Shown here: piece by piece, positions 11,863 to 25,045 of the stretch
How the letters are laid out: the number at the start of each line of letters is the position of its first letter
Position numbering within the stretch: the first letter of the stretch is position 1
Assembly: GCA_024679065.1 (NCBI GenBank)
Contig: JAGIQG010000029.1
Coordinates: 17,174,001-17,238,000, forward strand
Reading direction: 5' to 3'
From: Sphyrna mokarran
Taxonomy: Eukaryota
DNA: 64,000 bases
Notes under the pieces: generated by a model
What the model saw: the letters and a program-made list of their open reading frames with translations, nothing else
Told to the model about the DNA's origin: nothing
Database searches by the model: none
Program-made: the position numbers and the translations under genes

Positions 11863-14800
11863 TGATTCACAGTAGGATCCAAGCTTCTCCAGGCAGAGTT
11901 GATCAAACTTAGATATAAGTGCAATGAAGGAAAGAAGAACAAACAAGATAGTCCTTTCCTAAACTGAAGTGTGTATTGTAGCCGCACTTGCTGACAGTGT
12001 GCTTTATCCAGTATTAACACATGCTGGTCCCTTCCAGCTTTCTTGTCAATGATAATAACATGGATTTGAAGGGAGTACAAACAACAGGAATTGCTAAACA
12101 TAGCAGAAATTACAGCAAAAAACATAACTTGTTTTAGAACAAAACCGTGTGGAAATCTTGGTAATAATTTGAACAATTAAAATATTCTAATTAATGTCAT
12201 TGTCAACATTTGAAAGTTTGTTAAATCTATTCCTGTGAGCTGACCTACTGCATCTGCCCCCAGAGACTGAGGTAAGCATAATATTTATAGCATTCCTCAA
12301 CAGCTTCTAATTCAGATCAACTTTATGTTTGCACTCCATCCTACATTTAGATTAACTGGTGACTTTAAGAGTCAGCATTACTGAAAGAATGCCAAGGCAA
12401 CTAAATGTCAACCAAAAGGAATAATGCATTACAGTCAGGAGAACTGTGTAGATCTCATGTCACTGGGGGTGTAAATGGCTGCCATTTAAATTTCTAATTA
12501 TGTGATCTACTAAGTGTGTATATTCTCTGCAATATTATCCCAGCGTGAGACATACTGCTAGTTTTCTAAAGCTGAGAAAGTGGATCTTTGTTTAGCATTT
12601 TCAAAGACTAAAACTGAGAGCCTTCTTATTCTAGGTTTTCTTGCTTTCTGAACAGCTTATTGTTTCTCCCCATCCTTGACTGAAACCTGGGGTTGCCAGA
12701 AGATTCTTCTCAAGGTAGTTATCACATATTCGCACCCCCCTCCCAAATCACTAGCTACAGTTTCAGGATCCAGCAAGTGCTTTTTAACAGTGTAGGTGGA
12801 CACTAAATATCCAGGAATAATAAGAAAAAGCGGTAGAACTTGGCGTCAAGTTAATGTTTTGTGTTCAACAGGAGTTCAGGATCTGTTACTGGTGTACAGG
12901 TGAAAGAAAATCAAGCAATTCGCTCAAACATAAGTCAAGAAAACTTGCTATTCATAATCCCAATCAACCATAGAGGGAATGAGTCTATAGAGATCCAATT
13001 GTTTAAATAGCAGGTGCCTAAAATACATGTTGGGAGTTCGCCAATGCAGAACCTAGAATGAAGCGACCTATGTAGCTAGAACAATATTCTATTCATAGTG
13101 CACCTTGCTCAAGGCACAGATCTAAGAATATTTTCAAAGCCCATAAAATTAAATGCAAAAGGTGCATCCGTTGATGCCAAGACTTCCAACTGACAGATGT
13201 TAGAATAGCCACCATTTTGCTTTAATCTATAGGTGTTCCTGAAACATGTGCTGGCATCAAGCTAACCATGTCTCATTTAGTTAATCCAGCTTGCCATCCA
13301 ACCTTACTGGTAAACCTAATTTTGAAATGGTCTTTTGTATCTGGATTCATGAACATAAATGTTCCTGGAAAGATAATTATTCACTTTCCAAGTGGAATTT
13401 GCATTTTACTATCAGAAAATTATAGTTGAGATCAGGTAACCCTGAAATCTTAAATTTCTAGCAACTGCATTAACCCCCATTTCTGAGCAGAGCGTAATGG
13501 AAATAATGATTTGGTTGCACGTAAAACAGACTATACCAACTCTGTCTCCAGTTATTGGTACTCTACATTGCACAACTTTCCATTGAGATTGACCATTCCC
13601 TAAGTAGCACTCGCCAATAATAAAGCTATTTAAGAGTGCCAATGTCAAATTAAAATATACCAAAATCAGATGCGCTGAAGGGCCAGTAACCTCCTTCACA
13701 AAATGCATCTCTGATTATGTCACCGGAAAATCTACAAATTACAAGTAAATAACTCTCATGCTCTATCATTTGCACACAGGCGATTAAAATAAGGTTCCTT
13801 GAGGCCAACCATGCAAAGAAAAATTGGTGGAGGTATCTCATTACTCAGTGCTCCCAAACCTTGCTTTGATGAACAAGACATTAAGTTGGTATCAGCAATT
13901 TCCTTTTCAGCTAATTTCATTTAACACTACATAAGTTATCACTAACTCTGATTTAAAGTTCTAACTTCTTATCAATAAACTTTAATTAATTGTGGAAATT
14001 ACCTACAGTCAAATGTCTCAACATTCAATAGAATGAATACTCCAGTGTTGCTGTTCATGAAGTTTTCTATGCAAGTCAGGTATTATTTCTGGACAATGCT
14101 AAAAATTGAGAGATAATTTTTTTGTGGTGGGGGGGGGGGGGGGGGAGAAACGAAAACAATTCCTTTTCTATCCCACTGAAGCATAGAAAGTTGGAATCTA
14201 GCCCATTTTTGGAACCTAGCCATTTTTGCATATAGTGTGTTTATGTCTGCATGTGATTGTATTTACGTGGGATCTGGTAGCATTATGATTGTAGTTCACA
14301 AGACATGATGCTGCACATTCCAAGAGCCACTCATCAAGCTTCCTTTCAAAACTGGAGTGTCAGCTGAAGGAATGATGGCATCATTTTCTAGAGATCCAAC
14401 AGGGTCATTGGCAAGGCTTCTCACTGTGGATTAATATTCGAAACAAACTTAATTTTACCTAAAAAAAAAAAGAGACATTGAAAGAAAAAGAATCCATGGT
14501 GACTACAGCAACGAGCTAAGTGATGTCAATGCCATAGTCAGGTGATGTGTGTTCTGTGACAGACTCGTTATTGGTCATCTTCTCTCCTTTGATTGACACA
14601 TGATTTGTGTAATTATTTATCATGGCTGTGGATCTGAGGGCAGCTGGAGTAATTTCCTTGGATTTTCTCTGGAAGATCAAAGTTACAGTGTGGTGTGGAA
14701 GAAGCTCCAGAGAAAGTTGTTGATAGCGTTCCCTCCACTTGATTCCATTTTAAATGGCAAGTCCATTTTAAATGATTGATGAGGAATCAGGAACTTCACA

Positions 14801-17632
14801 ACATTGATATCAATGAGCCATAAAGATGGAGCTTGAGCAGCTTATGATCATAGGCAGTGATGACATTACTGCCTTGAAGTCACCACCAGGAATTTATTTG
14901 AACATATAATATTTATGGTTGGTAGCGACAACATTATTTCAGTTCTTCACTGACAATGTTAGGAATCATGGTGGATATTGAGAGTGAAATTAAAACAACC
15001 ACAAAAATTAAAAGATAAATAATTGTTACAATCACTTTTGTTCTATTGCACTATGATTCTAAATTGATTGTTTTCTTCTAGAACTAATTTTCCCTAAATA
15101 TTAACATTTCAGTCATACCAGTTATGCTAATTACATTGAGGTGTGGTCTACTTAATTGGACAATGATTTTATAATGTAAACTGCTTCTTGTTGTTATACA
15201 TTTTAATTTACCATGTGCTTTGAAATATCATAGGAAAAACAAGTGTTTTGTAATGTGTTATGAGGGTAATAGTGTATATATATTATATATATACATAGAG
15301 AGAGAGAGCTATAAACGTGGTCAAATTATTTTAATCCATAGAACAAAATAATTGAATAGCACAAGTAGAAAATAGTTTATGAATTTTAGATTCAGGTTAT
15401 TACAGAAGTATTAACTTGTGAGGAAACGACTCTGATAAGCAATTGATTTAAATCCCTTACTTGCCAGTTCGTTCAGAGTAAAAGGTGAAGAAGTGTGAAA
15501 AGCTTTAGTAACAAAACCCTGACTCTATAAGGTTTTCAATCCTTGTTTTGTGTGTTTAAAGTACTGATCGTGATTTTTTCAGGTTCCATTTTGTGTGGTG
15601 TTCTGCGAAACTCGCTACAATTTTTTTTATAAAACACAAGCTGCCTGGCTTCTGAATGCTGTTATAAATGAGGTGGAGTTTACATTGTAAAATCCAGGTT
15701 TATTGTATCAATAACAACCTAATTCAATCCACCTGGATTTTATCCTGCCTATAATAGAGTTCTAAACATGGAAGGTCTTTGAAAGAATTGATAGCTCTCC
15801 ATGAAAAGTTATCACCTATTCTCTGGAATACATTGTGCTACCAAAAAAAGACTTTGGGACACCAACCACTTAATTATGTCAACTGTATCAAATCGAATTA
15901 CAACGTAAGAACAAATATAATATTTGAAATGACTTTGCTGCCTACTTTTTCTAATTCTTAAAATGTTGTGGACTATTCAAATGTAATTGTTTGGAAATTA
16001 TACTGAGAATCTGTTCACAGCAGCAGTGTGTACTAATAAAAGTCACAGTTTCACTGTTCCATTGTCTGTCCCCACTGATATCAAACTTGCATTCAACTGC
16101 AACGATAATGGAGTGGCTCACAAGTGCAATAAAGACACAGGAACATTTACAGAATTAGCCTTTCACTAGTCTATATAAACATTCTGGGCTTTTGCAAATT
16201 ATGCCAACTAGAGGCTATTGTGGAGTAATAGATACCACTTGGGACCAATTCCTCTTCCATGACTTTTTTAAATTGAATTTTGATGCCAGTATAAATCAAT
16301 AAAACACCCACTGGAAAATGATGTCTATGATCATCATCATAGGTACTTTTGAGCCAAACATGGTTGCAGATAAATGATTCGAAGCAGGTTTATATGATTT
16401 GGAATTAGCCAGATATGCAGAAGGACTTGCTGTTTGGTTGAGTAAATTATCTAATTTTTTGACAGAAAATTATTTAGTTGAAATGCAAGCATCTATGTGG
16501 ACATAAATAAGAACTGGCAAGAAACTGGATAATTTACTAAATGTAACCCATTAAAAATGGGTCATTGTTGATTCAAAATATGCATTTTTACAGTTTTTCT
16601 TTACATTTTGACATTTGCCAGTGATTAGTATACTGTCCTGGCACAATGCTGGTTTTCAGATTCTCTGTATGGTCACAGTTAATACTGATTCACAAGATGT
16701 ATTACTGTATATTTATATTGTGTTTTCCAGTGAAATAAATGTATTTACAGCTTTAAATCATGATTATGTTCCATGAACGTTCAATTAAGGAGGGTTTTAG
16801 TTAAAACAAGTTTTATTGGGAAATCATTTGAAAATCAAATTGAATATAAAGCAGAAATCCACATGTGGCAGACTCATGAGGACTCTCTGTAAAATTAGTT
16901 GAGAAGGAGCAAGTTCTGGATCTGTTCAATTCTGCGGTGGTCCCAAATAATAAGTACATTCTTGAAATATCCAAATAGTTTAAAAAGAAACATCTACCTC
17001 TGGAGGCACGAAAAGCATGAGTGTTTCTTAACTCCACAATTGCTGGAATTATCCACTCCAATTTCAACTCTAATTCCAATTTCCAATAGATTCAATTTGG
17101 CTGTCAATGGAGACCATAAGATTGAATTTCAGGTGACTCCAGACCTCAATGTCTGCAGTGCCATGTTTGGGCCCAAAATCAATCTGGACAACTATTAGGT
17201 CCATGATTCATTTAAAATGTCTCTAACATTCTATGGTACGCATTGGGATCCTCAGCTTCCAGAAGGTTCCAGAGGACATACAGCACAGGAACAAGCCATT
17301 CAGTCCAACCAGTCTATACTGGTGATTATGCTCAAGCTGAGCCTTCTCTCATCTAAATTTATCATCACAACCATTTCCCTTTCATTACTTCTTGTGAGTT
17401 AGCGAGATGAAGAGATTCAATCTGCTTGTAGTCTGTAGCTCACAGCATCAATTTGAACGTACAACTCTCAGAATTTGAATTTATTTTGACAGCGATCAGG
17501 TCCAAAACATGCTAAAACTTATCGTTTTTAAGCCTTATATTTCCTTCCTTTTTGGCTAACTGTAGCAAATTGTGGATTGAGAACAAAAAAATGCCAGAAA
17601 AATAATTAGTAGCAAAAAACAAATTTAAGTAC

Positions 17633-17944
17633 ATCATAAATCCCTACAAAGCAGAAGGAGGCCATTCGACCCATTGAGTCTGCACCAACCACAATTCCAT
17701 CGACTTTTCCCCATTACCCTACTTATTTACTCTCCCTGACACTGACAGGCAACTTAGCATGACCAATCAACCTAACCTGCACACCTTTGAAATGTGGGAG
17801 GCAACCAGAGCAGCCAGAAGAAACCCATGCAGATATGACGAGAATGTGCAAACTCCACACAGCCAGTCACTCAAGGTTGGAACAGACCTCAGGTTCCTGA
17901 CACTGTGAGGCAGCAGTGCTAACCACTGCCCCACCATGCTGCCC
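17633..17944 (-). mobile_element. HE1-like V-SINE
   Basis: Reverse-complement copy with tRNA-like head at about 17870-17944. Confidence 0.85.
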
Positions 17945-19570
17945 AACAAGCCAAATGATATGCTAGCATTTGTTGTAAAAGAGTTGGAGTACAAGAGGAA
18001 GTTCTGATATAATTATATAGGTTTTTGGTGGGACCACACCTGGAGCACCATGTACATTGCTTGCTCTAGAGTCAATTATAAAGGATATAAAAGACACCTA
18101 GAAAATATCAATGGGATTAGACAAAGTCAACATGGATTTCTGAAAGGGAAATGATGTTTGAAAAACCTCTGGAGCTTTCTAGAGCATGTAAAAGTAGAAT
18201 AGATAAAGGTGAAACATGGATAAGATATATTTGGATTGTTGGAAAGCTTTTGATGAAGTCCCACCTACGATGATAGTGTGCAAAATTAAAGTGCATCTGA
18301 TTAGGGGTAATATACTAACATGGATTAAGAATTGGTTGGCAGACAGGAAAGAGAGACTAGAAATAAATGGGTATTTTTCAAAGTGGCAGGCAGTGACTAC
18401 TAAAGTCCCACAGGGATCAGTGTTTGGGCCCCAGCTATTCACAATATACATCAATGATTTGGATGAGGGAAGTAAAATATCTCCAAGTTTGCTGACAAGA
18501 AACCTGGTGGGAAGGTGAATGGTGGGGAGGATGTTAAGAGGTTTCAAGGTGATTTAGGTAAGTTGAGTGAGTGGGCAAACACATGGTAGATGCAGTATAA
18601 TGTAGATAAATTTAAATGGTTTACTTCAGATGGAGAAACAGGGTGGCAGAATATTAATTAAGTGGCAATAGTTTGGGAAATGTTGATGTACAGAGAGACT
18701 TAGGTGTCCAAGTACACCAGTTATTGAAATCAAACATGTAGATATAGCAAGAAATTAGGAAGGGAAATGGTATGTGGGCCTTCACTGCAACACAACTTCA
18801 GTACAGGAGCAAGGATTCATTACTGCAGCTTACAGCACCTTAGGAAGACCACACCTAGTCTATTGTGTGCAATTTTGGTTTTGTTATCTAAGAAAGGATA
18901 CACTAACTTAGAGATTCATCAGACTGCTTCTTGATTGTCGTATGAGGAGAGTTTGGGTTGACTGGGTCTGAATTAACTGGAATTTAGAAGAATCAGTGGA
19001 GATCTAATTGAAATGTACACAGTTCTGACAAAGTTGTACACACTAGATGCAGGGACGTTGTTTCCTTTGGCTGTGGGACATAGAACAAAGTGTCATACTC
19101 TCAAGATGAGGGTAGGCCATTTCTGACTGAGAAGAGGAGAAACTTATTCACTCAGAGGTTGGAGAATCTGTGAAATTTTCTATCATAGAAAGCCATCAAG
19201 GCTAAGTTACTGAATATATTTGAAGAGGAATACATTTAAGAAGGAATTAGATTTATAGACTCTAAAGTTTTCAAAGGCTATGGGGACAACATGGAAGCAT
19301 GACATTGAGATAGTGTATCACCCATGATCATAGTCAATGGTAGATCTGATTCAAAGATTGAAATGCCCTCTTTCTGCCCTTATTTTTTTCTGTTTTTAGA
19401 AGGAGTGCAATTAACTTCCTCTAGATTGATTCCTGGGATAGGAATCATGTATGAGGAGAGCTTAAATAGAGTGGGAGTGTTCTCTGGATTTAGGAGAATG
19501 AGAGATGATCTCATTAAAATGGAGTTAAAATAGAAGATCAACTTGGAGGGTCATATGGCTCACGTGTTAT
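17945..19570 (+). mobile_element. Older CR1 fragment split by a nested CR1 insertion
   Basis: CR1 ORF2 sequence (gaccacacctggagcac...aaggatata) stops at about 18093 and resumes at about 19397 (ttagaaggagtgcaa...gagagatgatctcatt). Confidence 0.6.
18094..19395 (+). mobile_element. CR1 LINE, 5'-truncated, degenerate RT and 3' tail
   Basis: IYLDCWKAFDEVP...WIKNWLADRKERLEING.FSKWQAVT.KVPQGSVFGPQLFTIYINDLDEG are CR1 RT motifs; frameshifted; tail at about 19370-19395. Confidence 0.9.
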
Positions 19571-19584
19571 GGCCTTAACATCTC

Positions 19585-19740
19585 ACCCAATGGACTTTAC
19601 TTCAAGCAATGTTGGATTCCCTCAATACTACGTTGGAATATCACCTTATATTTATACACAGAAGCTAAGGATTGAGATTTAAATCAATATCCTTGCTACT
19701 TAAGAGATAAGAATTCAACCTACTGAATGAAGCTGATCAC
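19585..19740 (-). mobile_element. Highly diverged DeuSINE/SacSINE1-like head
   Basis: The minus strand loosely follows the recalled consensus (tRNA head ... CCAGTGCAGTACTGAGGGAG). Confidence 0.3.
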
Positions 19741-20699
19741 CTGACCTGAATTTGTTTTTAATATAAAATATTAATATAAACTAAAGCAAAAACTGCTCAA
19801 TATTTTCTGAAGTAACTTCACTGAACTATACAAGATAACAAAAGATGATGGAGTTGTTTATTTAGAAAGGTCACCGAGCTCTGCGTGTGACAAGTAAAAC
19901 TTTGCTTTTATTGAGTGGTTTTATTTTGTAATTTTCAGTACATGACTGCAGTTGCTGTAGTTTTTTTACCCAATTTTATTCTCAACACTGAAAACACTAT
20001 TAAAAAACACTGCAAGCCCTGGAATCACTGCATCATTATTCAAGCTTGGAAGGAAGCTTTGAACAAAAATGATAAATTTATGCTGCTTATTCAAGCAGAA
20101 TCCTTTCAGTTCAGTGCACAAGTGTTCCGAGAGGAGGAATAGATATAAAACATTTTAATGTTTAAGCTTTATTAATTTTGGCTTTATTTCAGAAACCTGT
20201 ACCCTAAGCAAATCTTCTAAGGTCAATTAAAAACACTTGGTTTACAGTTTTGTGCAGATCTTACAAAAATCTTGTCAAATACTTCAGTGGAAACATACAC
20301 CTTTTCTAGTTTCAAGACTCTCTATAACCAACACCACAGAAGATGATAGATTAATATGAAAGCCTGTTGCTCTGTTCATTAGGTTTAAATATTTTGCACA
20401 CTCGAGATAAGGAACCCATTCTGAGTCTTATTGACTGCAGCAAGTTACATGAAGTCTGCATCCTCCTTCAATGATTTGATTCCTTTTTTATTTGTTTATG
20501 GGGTGTGTGTGTGTTGCCAACTAGGTCACCATTGCCCTCGATAAGATGGTGGTGAGCTGCATTTATGAAGTGCTACAGTCCCTGTGACTTCCTCGCGAAG
20601 ATCAAAAACAAAGCAGTCCATAATCAGATTGATTGTCTGATCAAATACAGTCTGCAAGCTTAATCAATTAGATATTTAATTTCCCTCTTCCCTTTCAAA

Positions 20700-20975
20700 A
20701 TATACTAAGATTCCAAGGGCCACAATTAGAAAACGGTCACTAATGAAGAAAAGTAAGGAGAAATATGTTAACTGAAAATGGTAAAGTGCAGGAAGTGTTT
20801 GAGGCAAATAGTTTAGATACTTCCAAAACAAAACTGGATGAGTAGATGATAGAAAAAGAAATTGAAAGATATGCTGAAAGATAGAGACATGGAAGGGCAG
20901 ACTCCTGCAGTGTTAACACCAACACAGAAGAGGGCAGAATCACCTGTTCCTGTGTACAGTTTTCAGCAATTCCAT
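20700..20975 (+). mobile_element. CR1 3' fragment, diverged
   Basis: ccaagggccacaatt...gaggcaaatagtttagatacttccaaaacaaaactggatgag...cctgttcctgtgt. Confidence 0.6.
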
Positions 20976-21399
20976 GCTATTTACCAAGTGAGAAAAATCT
21001 CTCCTGTATTTTGAGTCATAGAGGTATACAGCACAGATTTTGTTTTGTTAAGATTACTTAAGCTGGGCCGAGTATAATTGCTATTTCAGATGCAAAGTGA
21101 TTTCAGCAGGAAAACATCTAGCGATCGAGATAATAACTTAATAATGAAGATTTTGGTGAACAAGCGGAAAAAGTAGGTCAGTCGAGAGGGACGGAGTGCT
21201 TAAGCACACCTATAGCTGAAGAGGTATCACAACAAACTCAAGGTCAAGGAATATAGGCAGCTTTGAGAGTATATTTATAAGTGGAACCACATGGAATATA
21301 TTCCTGTAATTTATATCAGCAGACTCCATTCTATGGTATGAAAGTATTTCTGCCAAATTAATATATATTTAATAATTTGCCTCCTGACATTACCTCCCA

Positions 21400-21613
21400 T
21401 TAGATAAATGGGATGTTTTGACCAGTAGTACTAACAAGAGAAAAGCTGATAAGGTGCCACACTGTGTTTTAAATCAACTCAATGCAATTTTATTTAAGAG
21501 CTGTTGCCAGATTGAAGTCCAACATGGGAGAGAGATAAAATCCTGCGAATGCCTCTGATCTCAGTACATCACTGAACTAATCGCCGAGTTGCACTGCTTT
21601 CCAGTACATAACA
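21400..21613 (-). repeat. 3' LTR of the Gypsy relic
   Basis: Begins TG on the minus strand immediately after the PPT; direct repeat of 24543-24765; internal AATAAA. Confidence 0.8.
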
Positions 21614-21754
21614 TCCCTCCCCTTTACTTTAGTAGTACAACAATAAACATTTAATCATCATTATCAAGTATTGTTATATACATGTGTGCAATTAATACAA
21701 GAATCTTTTTAGTGGACATCGATTTCATTTTGATAAGATATGGCTTTCCAAAGT

Positions 21755-21975
21755 CTGATCTCTGACATCCTCGGGAGCCTGACAGATCAGCACACGCACA
21801 GTGAGCCGCTCAGCACTATGTTACCGATCTCTCCAGCGGGAAACGTGCTCAATTGTGCACACTGCGAGATTTGGGAGATTTATTTTGAAACTCCAGCTGA
21901 AAAAAACGAGCACGATTTAGTCCAGTTTTTAAGCAAATTTGACACTTAGAACTTTTTTGGGAGAATCCCCTGCAA
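21755..21975 (-). mobile_element. One-ended fragment of a non-autonomous DNA transposon (family of 41842 and 56367)
   Basis: Minus strand ggggattctcccaaaaaagttctaagtgtcaaatttgc..aaaactgga matches 41842 gggcggaattctccccaaaatttctaagtgtcgaatttgcatgaaaactgga. Confidence 0.7.
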
Positions 21976-22900
21976 CATACTAATATAGCTATCTTGAGAT
22001 TTGATTTTGTTCTAAAAAGACAATCTTGACAAGGTATCTGCATTGGCATGCTGTTCTGATCTCTGAATCTTGATCTTATAATTATGTGCTGACAATATCA
22101 ATGTCCTCTTTGTAAATGACTTGTAGTTAATGATGAAATTCCCTGGTATGGGCCAAAAATGGTTGTCAACAGCCTGTGGTCAGTCAACAAAGTAGGTTCT
22201 CTGCCATACAGGTACTGGTGAAATTGTTTAATGCCAAAAAGATTGTTGAGCGCTCCTTTCTCAAGGTGTGCATAGTTTTCTTCCTCACTCAATAATGATC
22301 ATGACGCGAACGTTATTGGCTGTTCCTCTCTAATTGCTATGAGAGGCAACAGTACCCATCACATGCTAGTTGAATTTTCAACTCTGGGTGGACAAGTTAC
22401 TTCAGATTGCTGGAGCACATTTTTAATTCCTTTATACACATTTTCACACTCTTTCCTCCAATTCCATTGTTGGTTAACACACAATAATGTATTAAGTGGC
22501 TTTTGTAGTATTGCAAGATTTAAAATTAACTTCCCATAATAATTGATTTGTCCCAAAGTGATCATAACTATGACATGTTCTGTAGTCTTGGCACTTCTAG
22601 GATTGCTGCCATTTTCTTAAATTCTTTGTGGAGGCCATCCTTGTCTGATACATGACCCAGATAGTTGTTGGATGATTTAAAAAAAATCACATTTTTCTTT
22701 CTTCACATGTTCCAGATGCTTCAGTGTTTACGCTAATTTGTGTAAATGTTCAGTTCTGCATGTGATTAGAATGTTGTCCAAATAACACTGGACACCACTT
22801 AAGATTTGGTTCCTTTGATTTCTGGGATATTGTCAGTGCCAATGTTATTCCAAATGGTAGGTGCTTATGTTGGAACTATCTCTTGTGAATAACAGTTCTT

Positions 22901-23200
22901 GATGAGGAGATGCCGGCGTTGGACTGGGGTAAACACAGTAAGAAGTCTCACAACACCAGGTTAAAGTCCAACAAGTTTATTTGGTAGTAAACACCACTAG
23001 CTTTCGGAAAGCTGTTCCTCCGTCACGTGAGTGGAGAGTTCGAATCACAAACAGAGCATATGAAGGTACACACAGTTTACAGTATTCTGTAAACTGTCTG
23101 TGCCTTATGCCCCGTTTGTGATCAGAACTCTCCACTCACCTGACGAAGGAACAGTGTTCTGAAAACTAGTGGTGCTTACTACCAAATAAATCTGCTGGAC
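22901..23200. mobile_element. Fold-back Penelope-like element with hammerhead motif (family A), inserted in the Gypsy RT
   Basis: Arms 22966-23082 / 23087-23200 with a 4-nt loop; 13-bp TSD aataacagttctt (22888-22900) / agtaacaattctt (23201-23213); CTGACGA...GAAA at 23140-23164. Confidence 0.8.
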
Positions 23201-24542
23201 AGTAACAATTCTTAACAGTGGTTGTGTCTCAGTTGTCACCCTGATTTGGAGGTATGCCTAGGCACGTTTACCTTGCTGAATTGTTGACCACCAGTCAGTC
23301 CAGCAAAGAGGCCCTCGATTAGTAGCAAGGGGTACTGGTCGTCATATAGTACTGGACTTATCATTGTCAGAAAGTCCTCACAGATATGTACAAAACCATC
23401 AGATTCAATAACTGGGACAATTCATTGTTTCAGATTCAATCACTCTATCCTTGACTAATTTTTCTAGTTCCACTTCTATCTTTTGTTTAATTGCATTAGG
23501 CACAGTTCTTGTCTTGAAACATCTTGGGTTGCTATCAGGTTTTATCTTAAGCTTTGCCTCCACTCCAATCATGGATCCTAGGATATTCTTGAACACTTTT
23601 GTATATTTCTCCAGAAGTTTTGGTGCCATGTTCTTGCTGGAAACTAGTTGTTAATTCTTCCCCAGTTCAGCTTGATTTTGTGTAATTGTGCTCTTTCAAA
23701 GAGTGCAGGAAAATTTCCCTTTATTATGTGCAAAGGCAATTTTGCTGTTTGACCAATAGGTTTTACTTGAACCATGATATATCCTTTCAGCAGATTACCT
23801 TCACAATGTAGATTTGCAAGATTAAGTTTGACAGTTTATTAAAAAGTATTTAAGCTTCAGATTGTATATATTTTCTGGAAGAAGTGATATAGCAGCTCCC
23901 AAGTTTACTTCTTGTCCATTTAACTTTGGATAAACTCAGAACTTTTGTGTATCCTCTTTCATGGACAGGGCACCTAACTTAAGTTCTTGGATCTTTTTTA
24001 GGTCGGTATCATCTTGGAAATTTTTGTCCTCATCAGATATTTTGTAGACCACTTTTTCAGATCATGTGTTCTTGCATTTGCAAGGCCGGAGAAGTCTGTC
24101 GAATCCTACATGCTTTAGATATGTGTGGTCTTTCTTGCCACAGCTTCTACATTTATTTTCTCTACTCAAGATTCATGTGGAGCAGCCCGCTTGAGCACAC
24201 CTATGGCATGCTTGCATTTTAAGAGATTTCTTCTTGTCCGCTCCTATCTTGTGTACTTTGGCTCCAGCTCCAATTTTGGCAGCTTCTATTATGGCCAATT
24301 CCATGGACACCACAATCTCAATCGCAAGTTTTAATGTTAAAAGAGCTTTCGATTAGCAATCCTCTTTTAATTGCTTCATTTCGAAGTCCACAAATAAGTC
24401 TCTTTCAGAGAGTGTTTTTGAGGATTGAGCCAAACTCAGTTCTTTACTTTCACCTTCCCCCCATTGCCGGTTTTATCTTTAACAACTGAATTTTCATTGA
24501 AGATCCTTCTGAAAAACCTCATCATCGCAATCTTTATCTCGT

Positions 24543-24765
24543 TGTTATATATGAGATGTTTTGATTGGTAGTAGTAACAAGACAAAATATAATAATGTGT
24601 CACATTGTGAGTTTTGAACCAACACAATGCAGATTTATTTAAGAGCCATAGCCAAATTAAAGTCCAACATGGAAGAGTGATAAAATCCCTCAAATGCTTC
24701 TGCTGACATCACAGCACATCATGTAACTAAACACACAAAGATGCATTGCTTTACAATACTTACCA
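24543..24765 (-). repeat. 5' LTR of the Gypsy relic
   Basis: Aligns to 21400-21613 (roughly 80% over about 150 nt by hand); degenerate PBS-like gcgatgatgagg follows on the minus strand. Confidence 0.8.
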
Positions 24766-24796
24766 TTGAAGTTTCATTGTACTCACATTCTTAATC

Positions 24797-25045
24797 AGGG
24801 AGGCAGTGACCAAAGTGGTATTGTTACTGGACTAGAAATCCAGAAACCCAGAGTAATTGCTCTGGGGATTCAGATTTCATCCCACCTGGGCAGACATTGA
24901 AATTAAAATTCAGTGGAAAAATTTGGAATGAAAGTCTAACAATGACATTGAAACCACTGCCGGTTTGTAAAATGTCATCTTGTTTGCAAATGTCCATTAG
25001 GGAAGGAAATCTATCATCCTTATCTAGTCTGGCCTACATATTCCA
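24797..25045 (+). mobile_element. tRNA-like-headed retroelement 5' end
   Basis: gggaggcagtg...gtggtattgttactggactagaaatccaga...agggaaggaaatct..ccttatctagtctggcctaca; same sequence as the 46560-46810 head. Confidence 0.65.

Larger units (their letters stand above)
21400..24765 (-). mobile_element. Degenerate Ty3/Gypsy LTR retrotransposon with both LTRs; integrase missing
   Basis: Minus-strand remnants of gag (RLICGLRNEAIKRGLL), RT (KIEVELEKLV, DQYPL, VQCYLDNILI) and RNase H (NYAHLEKGAL..FGIKQFHQYLYGR..LLTDH); polypurine tract AAAGGGGAGGGA at 21614-21625; many stops and frameshifts. Confidence 0.88.

Noticed and set aside
14128-14145. Poly-G run (possible G-quadruplex)
   Set aside because: It is an isolated homopolymer with no supporting context, and its length is unreliable in assemblies.
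14480-14990. Mixed-composition stretch that looked like a processed pseudogene or exon
   Set aside because: The frames tried gave no sustained ORF or recognisable protein motif.
22098-23654. Gypsy ORF fragments as a possible domesticated gene
   Set aside because: Multiple stops and frameshifts, a mutated YLDD (YLDN) and a nested insertion indicate neutral decay.
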